This document shows, piece after piece, positions 1 to 8,422 of a stretch of DNA of 30,014 bases (position 1 is its first letter; each line of letters opens with the position of its first letter). The translations under genes and the position numbers were made by a program. This stretch comes from a virus. Its lineage: Duplodnaviria > Caudoviricetes. Location of the stretch: IMG/VR virus record IMGVR_UViG_3300043394_000287, positions 1-30,014 of that record; one strand, 5' to 3'. The notes under the pieces were generated by a model that did no database searches, was not told the origin of the DNA, and saw only the letters and a list, made by a program, of their open reading frames with translations.

Positions 1-364
1 TATATGTTGGCAACGATTTGTAAAAAATTAATACATCTTCATGTTGTCTTAATGGCATCTTATTTGCTTGTAAAAACATAGTTTTTCTAGTTTTCATCCA
101 CACCCATTTATATCTAAGCAACTTGATATTTGATGCACCTAAAAGAAAAGTAAATTTAGCGTTAGCCGTCAAAACAATAGCACCATTATCCTTAATCACT
201 CGTTCATACTCAGTCCAAAGCCTGCCCATGTCAATAATAGAATCCCATTCGCAAGCCGTTGTACCATAAGGCAAGTCACATAGGATCATGTCAACGGACT
301 TGCTAGGGATAGAGGGCATAAGGTCTAAACAGTCCCCCAAGTGTATCGTGTTTTCTTTTAGCAT
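1..364 (-). CDS. DNA amino-methyltransferase (N4-C/N6-A, beta class), 3'-truncated by window edge; paralog of 358..1107
   Basis: Not in ORF track. Manual translation from ATG at 364 gives MLKENTIHLGDCLDLMPSIPSKSVDMILCDLPYGTTACEWD...HEDVLIFYKSLPTY, open to the window edge. Catalytic motif IV is DLPY. Confidence 0.92.
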   Translation of the reverse strand, partial: MLKENTIHLGDCLDLMPSIPSKSVDMILCDLPYGTTACEWDSIIDMGRLWTEYERVIKDNGAIVLTANAKFTFLLGASNIKLLRYKWVWMKTRKTMFLQANKMPLRQHEDVLIFYKSLPTY

Positions 365-1107
365 TTATCCCCCAAGTGAAACAGTGGTTCATGGTTATTC
401 ATTCGTTCAATTGACTTGCGGTGATAGGTTTCATCCCTCTCAATGCAAATGAAACGGCGATTGGTATTCATGCAAGCTATGGCTGTTGTACCGCTACCTG
501 AGCAATTATCTAAGACTAGTTCGTTCTCGTTTGTGTAGGTTTTGATTAGGTATTCAAAGAGGGCAACGGGCTTTTGGGTTGGATGGATTGAATCAATTCG
601 TGATTCACAATCAAAAGATAATATGCTGGTAGGTAGACGATTTGCATTAACTTTGCTATCTGTTCTCTTTTGTGTCCATTGCTCATATTCTTTATTTGAT
701 GCTTTTCTTTTCCCATCTTTGCCAAATCGAAAGCTTATAGGATTATATGTTGGGAGCTTCTTGTAAAAGATCAAAACATCTTCAAAATTTTTCAAAGGCA
801 TGTGCTTTGCATGAAGAAAATTGGTTGATAGGTTTTTTTCCCAAATCCATCGGTATCTAAAAAGCGACGAATTGCTTTGCCATAATTGAAATGTGAATAT
901 ATTGCAAGCCGTCAAAACAATCGCCCCATTATCCTTGATAACTCGTTCATACTCTTGCCAAAGTTTAGACATGTCAATGATAGAATCCCACTCGCAAGCC
1001 GTTGTCCCATAAGGCAAATCGCAAAGGATCATATCAACCGACTTCGATGGGATTGATGGCATCAGGTCAAGGCAATCGCCTAAATGTATCTTGTTTTCTT
1101 CTAGCAT
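358..1107 (-). CDS. DNA amino-methyltransferase (N6_N4_Mtase family, beta class)
   Basis: N-terminal GDC..DLPY (motif IV), HPTQKP, C-terminal SAM-binding LDNCSGSGTT and FICIE motifs. Confidence 0.95.
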   Translation of the reverse strand: MLEENKIHLGDCLDLMPSIPSKSVDMILCDLPYGTTACEWDSIIDMSKLWQEYERVIKDNGAIVLTACNIFTFQLWQSNSSLFRYRWIWEKNLSTNFLHAKHMPLKNFEDVLIFYKKLPTYNPISFRFGKDGKRKASNKEYEQWTQKRTDSKVNANRLPTSILSFDCESRIDSIHPTQKPVALFEYLIKTYTNENELVLDNCSGSGTTAIACMNTNRRFICIERDETYHRKSIERMNNHEPLFHLGDKC

Positions 1108-1379
1108 TTGTCATTCCTAGCAAGTGAAAGAATAGAATAGCCTGCTATGTCCATATAAGGCGATTCTCCCATTGGATCATTATCTCTTGCAATTCTTGAG
1201 ATTTTATCAAGCATACGAATGATGACATGAAGGTCTTTGTATTGCTCAACCTTAATCCCATTGGGATAAAGCAAAGATAGAATTTGAGTTGTCTTGTCAA
1301 AGGCGTTGCCATAGGCTTCATCTTTGGCAGATAAGATTTGTGCTAGATCATCAGTGATCTTCTTGAATTTGTCTTGCAT
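1101..1379 (-). CDS. DUF1599 / nucleotide-modification-associated domain 1-like helical protein
   Basis: KDEAYGNAF...IRMLDKISRI...ESPYMDIAGYSIL resembles the KxxxYG / RxxDKxxR / DxAxY pattern of this family. Confidence 0.65.
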   Translation of the reverse strand: MQDKFKKITDDLAQILSAKDEAYGNAFDKTTQILSLLYPNGIKVEQYKDLHVIIRMLDKISRIARDNDPMGESPYMDIAGYSILSLARNDKC

Positions 1380-1388
1380 CAGTGCCTC

Positions 1389-2780
1389 TTAAAATCGATT
1401 GGCTTTAGGTGTTGATGAGTTATGAATATTTGCATATTTTTTAGATACTGCTTTTATGCTGACTGATACCGAGCCACTGTCTCGCCAATTCCAATTGATC
1501 ACATCGTATCTCAATGCATCTAGTGGATCTTCTTGACCGTCTTTTTTAGGTGCTTCTTTGCCATCCCAAGCATAAGACAAGATCGCTTTTCTGATTGAGT
1601 TTCCACGACTGTTCATCCCTTCATCCCAAACAGTATCTTTGATTAAAATTCGCTTGTCTTCTAGCAATGCTTTTACTCTCATAATTCCATTCATGACATC
1701 AGTCTTGACGGGATCAGTGCACCATCTAAAAGCCATTCCTATGCCACCATCCTCAGGTGCATTCTTCAAGACCTTAAAAGCACTCAAGGCCGTCTGATCA
1801 TTTCTAGCCGCTCCAGCCTTATCACCACTAGCAGCATCTAATAAAATACGATTGGGATATTTTGAGGCTAGTTCTCTAGGACAAGCAATCTGTAAAATCT
1901 GAGATGCTAAATCAGAAAGCTTTATTTCTTGAGGATTGATCTCAGCTGTGATGATATCTGCATTAAGTTTAGGATCAAAGGTTAAGATCAAGACTGATGG
2001 TTTTCTAAAGCCAAAGTCAATCGCAATCCTAGAACTAAACTCTTGATTATATTCCCAACCTCTCACGATATGAGTAGATGCATTAAACTCGCTATAAATA
2101 AGACCTGAAGGCGATTGAGGTAGACCTTCAACCATCGCAAGCCTTTCTCTTTCAGGCAAGTTGTTGACAGCATCAAACCAAGCTTCAGATAGGTTGGCTT
2201 TGTTGACATGGCTTGCATAAAAGATTGGAGTGCATCCAGCCTTCTCAGCAAAACTCACCCACCAAGCATCCCATACAGGCAAGCCTACCATGATGAGTTT
2301 AGGCGATGGACCTGATCTAAGACGGCCAAGCGTCTTTTGTGCTACTTCTTCAGATAGAGTTTGACACTCATCAATCAATGCAAGACCTGAAGTTATGTTG
2401 AGGCCTTCAAGTGGATTATGTGTTGCATCTCTTGTCCCTGGTCTAAAGTAGGATCTGCACCAAACAACATGACCATTTGGAGCAAGCCACTTGCCATCTT
2501 GCTGATGATAGACCCAACCATAAGGAGCAAGCCACTTCTCAAGCTCAGGACCAAGCACCGATCTATATCGTGGAGCGGTATCAGTGACTAGTAAAGATGA
2601 CTTATTGGGATGGATGCTTGACCAAGTCCACAAAGCAAAAACTAAAGCTGAAGTCTTGCCACTGCCCCAACCTGCTCTAACGGCAATGAAAGCATCATCA
2701 GAGTAAATCAATCGATCAACTAGATCGATTTGCAAGGGATTGAGTTTGAGCTCAATATCAATCTTCTTCGTCTGTGCCAT
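1389..2780 (-). CDS. terL: Terminase large subunit
   Basis: Walker A RAGWGSGKT, Walker B ALIDE, nuclease IDFGF and DPLDALRY. The start at 2780 is a choice; the ORF is open to 2804. Confidence 0.92.
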   Translation of the reverse strand: MAQTKKIDIELKLNPLQIDLVDRLIYSDDAFIAVRAGWGSGKTSALVFALWTWSSIHPNKSSLLVTDTAPRYRSVLGPELEKWLAPYGWVYHQQDGKWLAPNGHVVWCRSYFRPGTRDATHNPLEGLNITSGLALIDECQTLSEEVAQKTLGRLRSGPSPKLIMVGLPVWDAWWVSFAEKAGCTPIFYASHVNKANLSEAWFDAVNNLPERERLAMVEGLPQSPSGLIYSEFNASTHIVRGWEYNQEFSSRIAIDFGFRKPSVLILTFDPKLNADIITAEINPQEIKLSDLASQILQIACPRELASKYPNRILLDAASGDKAGAARNDQTALSAFKVLKNAPEDGGIGMAFRWCTDPVKTDVMNGIMRVKALLEDKRILIKDTVWDEGMNSRGNSIRKAILSYAWDGKEAPKKDGQEDPLDALRYDVINWNWRDSGSVSVSIKAVSKKYANIHNSSTPKANRF

Positions 2781-3294
2781 GATCATTCTCATTTGGGAGC
2801 TCATGCTTGATCTCTATCGTTTGAGCATGCTTCTCTTTTTGCACCTGTTGGATCACATTGATGATCACCTTGCTATCATCGCTTTTTGAATTCATATCGA
2901 TTGTTTGCTTCTCTCCAAACTCAGAAGGGAATTTACGAGCGAGTAACCATTGAGATGCTCTAACATCGTTCTCTGAATGTCGCTGGATATTCTGAAGATG
3001 CTTGATCTTTAGAGAGATTTCAGCTCGCTTGATATCAGCCACCAATTCAGGATCACTCTTCATCCAGCCATTCCAAGTACTGTATGCAACACCAACAAGA
3101 GAAAGAGCATCGCCTTGAGAAAGACCTTGAGAGATAAACTCAAGCACCTGTTCAATTGATATCAGCCTTTTTTGTCTTGCGATTTCAGATTTATCCTCTT
3201 GTGGCTTTTTTGATAGTGCTGTGCTATTTTTGCCAGCTTTAGAATCAACTATATCATTTTTAACGGTCTTATCGGTGGTTTTAGTCTTTGCCAT
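2758..3294 (-). CDS. terS: Terminase small subunit (putative)
   Basis: HTH-like segment, ASQWLLARKFPSEFG motif typical of TerS-like proteins, and overlap with the terL start. Confidence 0.75.
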   Translation of the reverse strand: MAKTKTTDKTVKNDIVDSKAGKNSTALSKKPQEDKSEIARQKRLISIEQVLEFISQGLSQGDALSLVGVAYSTWNGWMKSDPELVADIKRAEISLKIKHLQNIQRHSENDVRASQWLLARKFPSEFGEKQTIDMNSKSDDSKVIINVIQQVQKEKHAQTIEIKHELPNENDHGTDEED

Positions 3295-3520
3295 GATCTA
3301 GCTTTCTGATGATCTTAGTTGTGATTTTCTCAATAGCATCATCATCATCGATTTCAAGAGCAAGATCAATCTCATCTCTTTGGAGACCGTCAAGCAATAT
3401 CTTTTCAGCCAACTTAGAAATCTTAACTGAATGTCTATCGCTGATTGTGTCTAGTAGGCTGATCAGCTTAGTTGATACATATAGACTTAAAATCGATTTG
3501 CGATCTTTAGGCTTCATCAT
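3281..3520 (-). CDS. Small putative DNA-binding protein (ribbon-helix-helix-like)
   Basis: Strand-helix-helix pattern (SILSLYVSTKLISLLDTIS...KISKLAEKILLDGL); coupled to both neighbours. Confidence 0.5.
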   Translation of the reverse strand: MMKPKDRKSILSLYVSTKLISLLDTISDRHSVKISKLAEKILLDGLQRDEIDLALEIDDDDAIEKITTKIIRKLDHGKD

Positions 3521-3801
3521 AGAAATACAACCTCAGAGGCAATCACTTTAATATATTGCTTGCCTTCATGTTCGTTGATAACGATGCGACCAATAACGGT
3601 GATCTTATCGCCTTTCTTTGCTTGACTCTGAACGATCTTCGCAAAGTTGCCCCACATCTCACAATTAAACCAAGTTGTTTTTTCTTCTCCCTTTACCTTT
3701 TCACTATAGGCAACGGAAAAGTTGACAACTTCTTTATCGCCAAAGCTTTTGAGTTGTGGATCGTTGCCAAGGCGTCCGATAAGTGTAAATCGATTAAGCA
3801 T
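3517..3801 (-). CDS. ssb: Single-stranded DNA-binding protein (OB fold only)
   Basis: NRFTLIGRLGNDP...FSVA...TTWFNCEMWG...KKGDKITVIGRI is the canonical SSB pattern. Confidence 0.92.
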   Translation of the reverse strand: MLNRFTLIGRLGNDPQLKSFGDKEVVNFSVAYSEKVKGEEKTTWFNCEMWGNFAKIVQSQAKKGDKITVIGRIVINEHEGKQYIKVIASEVVFL

Positions 3802-4078
3802 CTTTTTTATCCTTTAGTTGTTTGTACAAGTTTTTAATTTGCTTGATATGGTCTGTTGAGATTTTGGCTTTAGATAGATCAGCGATCTTTTCTTCAACCT
3901 CTTTATCTGAGAAATATTGTTGCTCCATTGCATTGTTATGATCTGCTACCATATCGCCAAATATGATATTGATACATACTTTTAGAGCTCCAGCGATATC
4001 AGATGCATCGTCTTTGAACATGGCATCAACTACTTGCTCAAGGCAAATCAGCCTGTTGATGAGTTTGATATTTAACAT
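3794..4078 (-). CDS. Hypothetical protein
   Basis: AGGAG Shine-Dalgarno upstream of ATG 4078; overlaps the ssb start. Confidence 0.7.
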   Translation of the reverse strand: MLNIKLINRLICLEQVVDAMFKDDASDIAGALKVCINIIFGDMVADHNNAMEQQYFSDKEVEEKIADLSKAKISTDHIKQIKNLYKQLKDKKDA

Positions 4079-4163
4079 AAATTTTGTCTCCTGCTTTGTG
4101 TTATATAAACACATGAAAGTATAATATTATATAATATTATATAATAATTTTCTAGGAGAAAAG
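4079..4163. promoter_or_regulatory. Divergent promoter region
   Basis: AT-rich gap between divergent genes. Contains tandem palindromic ATAATATTAT (4121-4140), TATAAT at 4120-4125 and the inverted repeat TGTGTT-N5-AACACA (4097-4113). Confidence 0.65.
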
Positions 4164-4835
4164 ATGAAGATAAATGTATCAGATGGTTTTGTTGAATTGG
4201 TTGACCACATGGGAAACGATTTGGCAATAGTGAACGCCGCTCGTGTCTCTTATGCTGGAGCAAGTGATGAATGGACTGATCGGGATGAAAAGCTTTTGCG
4301 ATACCTTTGGGATCATGATCATTCATCTCCCTTTAGACATGGCAATATCAAGTTTAGAATTAAAGCACCAATCTTCATTTTAAGGCAATGGATGAAACAC
4401 CAAGTTGGCTGTGCCTGGAATGAGCAATCAGCACGATACACCAAGATTGAAGAGAGCTTTTTTTATCCTGATCATTTCAGATTGCAAGATACTAAAAACA
4501 AGCAAGGATCAAGTGGCTACCTTGATGACAATCGAGAGGACGAGGCTTTAACTTTGCTTGCTCAAGGCTATCAAGTAGCCTACTACAATTATCTAAGATT
4601 GCTTGATTTGGGAGTATGTAGAGAGCAAGCGAGAATGATCTTGCCCGTTGGGATTTATAGTGAATGCATCTGGTCTGCTAGTACTCAGGCGATCATGCAC
4701 TTTTTAAAGCTTCGTCTTGACCATCATTCTCAATTTGAAATGCAAGAATTTGCAAAAGCTGTGTATACTATCGCATCAACCATTTTTCCAAAGACCATGG
4801 AGCTTATCGATGCAATGCCTAAGATGCCACAATGA
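4164..4835 (+). CDS. thyX: Flavin-dependent thymidylate synthase
   Basis: IVNAARVSY, HSSPF, RQWMKH...NEQSARY, REQARMILP and LRLDHHSQFEM motifs. Confidence 0.95.
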   Translation: MKINVSDGFVELVDHMGNDLAIVNAARVSYAGASDEWTDRDEKLLRYLWDHDHSSPFRHGNIKFRIKAPIFILRQWMKHQVGCAWNEQSARYTKIEESFFYPDHFRLQDTKNKQGSSGYLDDNREDEALTLLAQGYQVAYYNYLRLLDLGVCREQARMILPVGIYSECIWSASTQAIMHFLKLRLDHHSQFEMQEFAKAVYTIASTIFPKTMELIDAMPKMPQ

Positions 4836-4992
4836 AATAAACTCAACCTTAGCTGGATCAAGTATTGAGTACCACTATTGCAAAAAGTGCCGAGCAATCC
4901 TTGATCAAAATGCGATCATCCTATCATACGATGATATTTCTTATGATGAGAGTTGGGATGATATCACCAAAGACGAGAGCGAAGATGAATAG
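4810..4992 (+). CDS. Small zinc-ribbon protein
   Basis: MQCLRC...YCKKC, acidic tail, GGAG SD upstream of 4810. Confidence 0.6.
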   Translation: MQCLRCHNEINSTLAGSSIEYHYCKKCRAILDQNAIILSYDDISYDESWDDITKDESEDE

Positions 4993-5461
4993 CTTTTTTG
5001 ATGTATGTTGGCTTGTGATGGGAATGATCTTTAATCCCAATCAAGTCAAGCAAGATTTAGGCTGGGAGAAGATCGTTGCTAAGTCAATCCCAAGCAGGAT
5101 GAGAGCTTGCCAGCAAGTTGCATCAACGGCTGAGAGAATGGGAGTTGATCCTAACTTGATGATTGCGATTGCTTTCTATGAGAGCAAGTTTGAGAGAGGC
5201 CTTGTATCATCTGCAGGTGCTGAAGGTATCATGCAAGTTAAAAAGCAATTTGTTGATTGTCAAGGTTGCGATGAGATTGAGTATGGTATCAAGGCATATC
5301 AAACATGGTTGACAACGAGTCAAGGTGATGTTTGTCTCGCTTTGGGTCGCTATGCTGTAGGCAATAAAGGCAAGTGTGGAAAGAGATCTAAAGCGATCAT
5401 CAAGCTTGCTTCTGAGATTGCTTGTCTTGCATCCAAAGAGGACGATTGCTATGAGTGCTAA
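4985..5461 (+). CDS. Lytic transglycosylase (SLT domain), Cys-rich
   Basis: AIAFYESKF (catalytic Glu), SSAGAEGIMQV and ALGRY motifs. Start inferred at 4985. Confidence 0.85.
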   Translation: MNSFFDVCWLVMGMIFNPNQVKQDLGWEKIVAKSIPSRMRACQQVASTAERMGVDPNLMIAIAFYESKFERGLVSSAGAEGIMQVKKQFVDCQGCDEIEYGIKAYQTWLTTSQGDVCLALGRYAVGNKGKCGKRSKAIIKLASEIACLASKEDDCYEC

Positions 5462-5891
5462 AGATAAAGCATTTTTGAGCATGGCTGAAATCATGGCTGG
5501 TCTTTCACCATGTAGTCGAGCAAAGGTTGGAGCGGTGATAGTCAAAGGTGATGTGCCCATCATCTCATCTTTCAATGGAATTGCTCGCAAGCAAAGCGGC
5601 CTTTGTGGAGGTGCTGATTGTCTGAGAGATAGATGTAAGATAGCTAGTGGATCAGAAAGCCAAGTTGGTTGCCACCATGCTGAATTTAATGCAATTGCGA
5701 ATGCTGCTAGAAATGGGATTGCAACAGATGGATGCTCAATCTATGTCACCGCTCCACCTTGTTTAATGTGTGCTAAGTTAATTCATCATGCTGGTATCAA
5801 ATCAGTTATTTATGAAGATCGAGATAATAGGTGGATCTCCACAGGTGAAGAGTATTTGAGAGCCAACGGTATTGATATTTTTAAGATTTAG
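5451..5891 (+). CDS. dCMP deaminase
   Basis: SPCSRAKVGAVIV, HAEFNAI and PCLMC zinc motifs; GAGG SD before ATG 5451. Confidence 0.93.
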   Translation: MSAKDKAFLSMAEIMAGLSPCSRAKVGAVIVKGDVPIISSFNGIARKQSGLCGGADCLRDRCKIASGSESQVGCHHAEFNAIANAARNGIATDGCSIYVTAPPCLMCAKLIHHAGIKSVIYEDRDNRWISTGEEYLRANGIDIFKI

Positions 5892-6133
5892 AATAGTGCC
5901 AGCAAAAACAAGGTAAAAAAAATCTCAACATCAACGATGAAGGCTGGCAAATATTAAACACACAACAAGCAAAAATTATTTCAGATAGATCAGCCTCGAT
6001 TTGAGTTTAGTATTTTACAAGTTTCTTCACTGAAAAAAAGAGGCTGAGATTAGTTCCGCTCAAGGTGCTTCGCATCAACAAATTCACTTCAAAGAGGTGG
6101 AGCGGATAACCTTAAACACAGATGGAGATAAAT
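5892..6133. other. Structured non-coding region with three tandem stem-loop units (candidate ncRNA array)
   Basis: Inverted repeats TGCCAGC/GCTGGCA (5897-5949), TCAGCCTC/GAGGCTGA (5990-6047) and TCCGCTC/GAGCGGA (6055-6106). Confidence 0.6.
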
Positions 6134-7006
6134 TTATTTCAACTTTTCATAATCCATTTCAGAGATAACTTTCTTTGATAGACCTGAATCACATAGCCCC
6201 CAAGTAAGGCAACCGCTCAAATACTCCTCCTCAAAAAGCTCAAGCTGATCATCATTCTTGAGAGCCCATTCAAGCACTTCATCAACTGGTCCTCTCTTGA
6301 AGAAAGAGTATTGAGCTTCTTTCTTGCCTTTGTCTTTGGCAATCTGTTTAACCTCTTGTTCAAGCTTTCTGATTTGATCAAATCGTTCAGGTGATTCATG
6401 ATAAGCATGTTTGATTTCTGATTTTCTTGAGAAGATGCATGGGAAACATCCAACTCTTGAAAAGCCTCGTGTATAGAGTGGATTGGGAGCAACATTGAAA
6501 CGCTTATGAATAGCAACGACATCAGCCACCTTCCAATCGATAAGAGGTCTCCAAATTGTGCTCTCGTCTTTCTCTTCAAATTCATCAAGTGTTGATCTTG
6601 CTTGACTCTCATCTTTTCTGATGCCAACAGCACTGACAGGCTTCTTATGATGCAATGCTCTCACTTCATCCATATAAGCCAATTGAGGATCTACTTTTAA
6701 CTGAAGGGTGCAAGTTCTGAGCATACCTGATGGGAAAAATGTTGTGTGCTTGACCATCTCTTGATAACCGCCTTGATCAGTCTTGAAAAACTTTTCATTC
6801 TTGATCCTACGAATTGGCTTTTTGAGTACAACACTTTCGAGATAGTCAAGATATGCATATGTATCTTGATGTTCCCAACCAGTATCGCAAAAGATTGGAT
6901 CAAAATCTAAACCTAGATCCATGAGATATAAAGCCATAGCTGTTGAGTCTTTGCCACCGCTGACATTGGCAACAAGTGGACGATCTTTTAAAAAGTCTAA
7001 ATTCAT
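6134..7006 (-). CDS. PAPS reductase family (PP-loop) protein
   Basis: VSGGKDS PP-loop, FCDTGWE, GIRKDESQAR, PLIDW and NPLY..GFSRVGCFPC. Confidence 0.9.
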   Translation of the reverse strand: MNLDFLKDRPLVANVSGGKDSTAMALYLMDLGLDFDPIFCDTGWEHQDTYAYLDYLESVVLKKPIRRIKNEKFFKTDQGGYQEMVKHTTFFPSGMLRTCTLQLKVDPQLAYMDEVRALHHKKPVSAVGIRKDESQARSTLDEFEEKDESTIWRPLIDWKVADVVAIHKRFNVAPNPLYTRGFSRVGCFPCIFSRKSEIKHAYHESPERFDQIRKLEQEVKQIAKDKGKKEAQYSFFKRGPVDEVLEWALKNDDQLELFEEEYLSGCLTWGLCDSGLSKKVISEMDYEKLK

Positions 7007-7011
7007 TTTAT

Positions 7012-8334
7012 TTACCTTTTTGAGAGTGAGATTGTTGTGTTAGAAAAACATGCTTTAAATCGATTTAAATCGCTCTTTGGCTGTGATGGTATAGGCAAGC
7101 CATTTAAATCATTCCTAGATGCTAAAATCATGCATCCATTGAAAGAGTTTGCTAAATCAATAAACTGATCGATTGTGAGCTCAAATACAGAATTCATTCT
7201 TGATGCACTAAAATCATCGATGCAGATGACATCCATCTTTGACAAAAGATCAGACACAGATGGGATTGGCTTATTCTCAGCTTTGGCCTTATCATATTCT
7301 GATTTTCTCCATCGATCGAGCTGATCTAGTGTTCCATAGAAAAACCGACCGACACCATGAAGACGATTGGCAAAATGTCGATTTGCGATGATATGCTTTA
7401 GCAAGCCAACCATGAGATGAGTTTTTCCACTACCTGCTGATCCAGTGATAAATATCTTTTTATCTTGATCTTTAGCCATTGATCCAAGAGCATCTTTTTG
7501 ATCTTGTGATAGCATATTGCCTTTAAAGTTTTCTCGATACATGGCTTTATGCTGTTCTGTAAAATAGCAGCTTGCCAATTGCCTGGATATGGCATTGATC
7601 TTTGATCGTTCTTTGTCGTGCTGATTTACATCTAGCAATGAGTAGCATGTACCATCATTGCGATTTGACCATTCAACAGGTGCATCTTGAAAATCAGCCA
7701 CAAGACGGCCGTCCTTGAATTTCATTTTATTTTCAATCAGCGACCACGCTTCTCTTTTTGAGCTCGTCTTTTCTTTTACGTAGTTTTCTTTTATTTCATA
7801 ATTAGTTTCATTAGTTTCATATATATATGATTGTAGTGTTTTTGGTATGTCGATTGTAGTGTTTTCAGTAGTTTCGATTGTAGTGTTTTCAGTAGTTTCG
7901 ATTGTAGTGTTTTTGGTAGTTTCGATTATACTGTTTTCAGTAGTTTCGATTGTAGTGTTTTTGGTATAATCCACATTTACCGAGCTTGCAATCATCATTT
8001 TGAATTCTGATGTCTTCATCCAGTATCTATTCACCACTTTAGGCATGATTGTGAATTGTGTTTTGCTGATCTTCTTTTTCTTTTGGATCAAGCCGAGCTC
8101 GCAAAGCTGATCAATAGATTTTGTTATCATTCGATCAGTTACTCCCATCTGTGATGATAGATCTGAGTAGGTGCATTCAATTGTCATATCTTGATTGGAA
8201 GTTTCAAACTCGTAAAACTCAATCAATCGATACATCAAAGCAAAGCCATGAGTAACCTTTTGAAGATCTGGACATCTCAGAAGATTGCCAATAATGAATT
8301 GGAAATTGTCAAATTTTGAATTTTTTAGTTTCAT
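7012..8334 (-). CDS. Replication initiator (wHTH plus iteron linker) fused to DnaC/IstB-like AAA+ helicase loader
   Basis: N-terminal TYSDLSSQMGVTDRMITKSIDQLCELGLI wHTH, internal 24-bp repeats, C-terminal GSAGSGKT and ICIDD. Confidence 0.8.
   Translation of the reverse strand: MKLKNSKFDNFQFIIGNLLRCPDLQKVTHGFALMYRLIEFYEFETSNQDMTIECTYSDLSSQMGVTDRMITKSIDQLCELGLIQKKKKISKTQFTIMPKVVNRYWMKTSEFKMMIASSVNVDYTKNTTIETTENSIIETTKNTTIETTENTTIETTENTTIDIPKTLQSYIYETNETNYEIKENYVKEKTSSKREAWSLIENKMKFKDGRLVADFQDAPVEWSNRNDGTCYSLLDVNQHDKERSKINAISRQLASCYFTEQHKAMYRENFKGNMLSQDQKDALGSMAKDQDKKIFITGSAGSGKTHLMVGLLKHIIANRHFANRLHGVGRFFYGTLDQLDRWRKSEYDKAKAENKPIPSVSDLLSKMDVICIDDFSASRMNSVFELTIDQFIDLANSFNGCMILASRNDLNGLPIPSQPKSDLNRFKACFSNTTISLSKR
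7829..7966. repeat. Six ~24-bp tandem iterons (putative phage origin)
   Basis: GATTGTAGTGTTTTYRGTAGTTTC-like units start at 7829, 7852, 7876, 7900, 7924 and 7948. An adjacent AT-rich tract holds ATTAGTTTC twice (7801-7818). Confidence 0.85.
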
Positions 8335-8422
8335 ACTCTCTCCTAGATTGAAATTTTATTTGACTATACGATAATTATATTATAAAGATTATAAAAAAAT
8401 TTCAAATAAAAAAGGATTCATC
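8335..8422. promoter_or_regulatory. Divergent promoter/operator region
   Basis: Minus strand TTGAAA-N17-TAATAT (8405-8377); plus strand TTGACT at 8360; 10-bp inverted repeat 8348-8357/8396-8405. Confidence 0.7.

Noticed and set aside
1-1107. MTase duplicate or fibre repeats as a DGR template/variable pair
   Set aside because: Differences are synonymous and not adenine-specific, and no reverse transcriptase is in the window.
4380-4440. ThyX motif KHQ-X8-SAR instead of RHR-X7-S
   Set aside because: KH-type variants of this motif are, to my knowledge, common among ThyX proteins, and the other motifs are intact.
5897-6106. Hairpin units as tRNAs or hammerhead ribozymes
   Set aside because: The 7-bp stems lack a TTCRA loop, anticodon arm and CCA, and no CTGANGA/GAAA core is correctly placed.
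7829-7966. Tandem 24-bp repeats as a CRISPR array
   Set aside because: There are no unique spacers, and the repeats are contiguous and lie inside an initiator gene, so iterons fit better.
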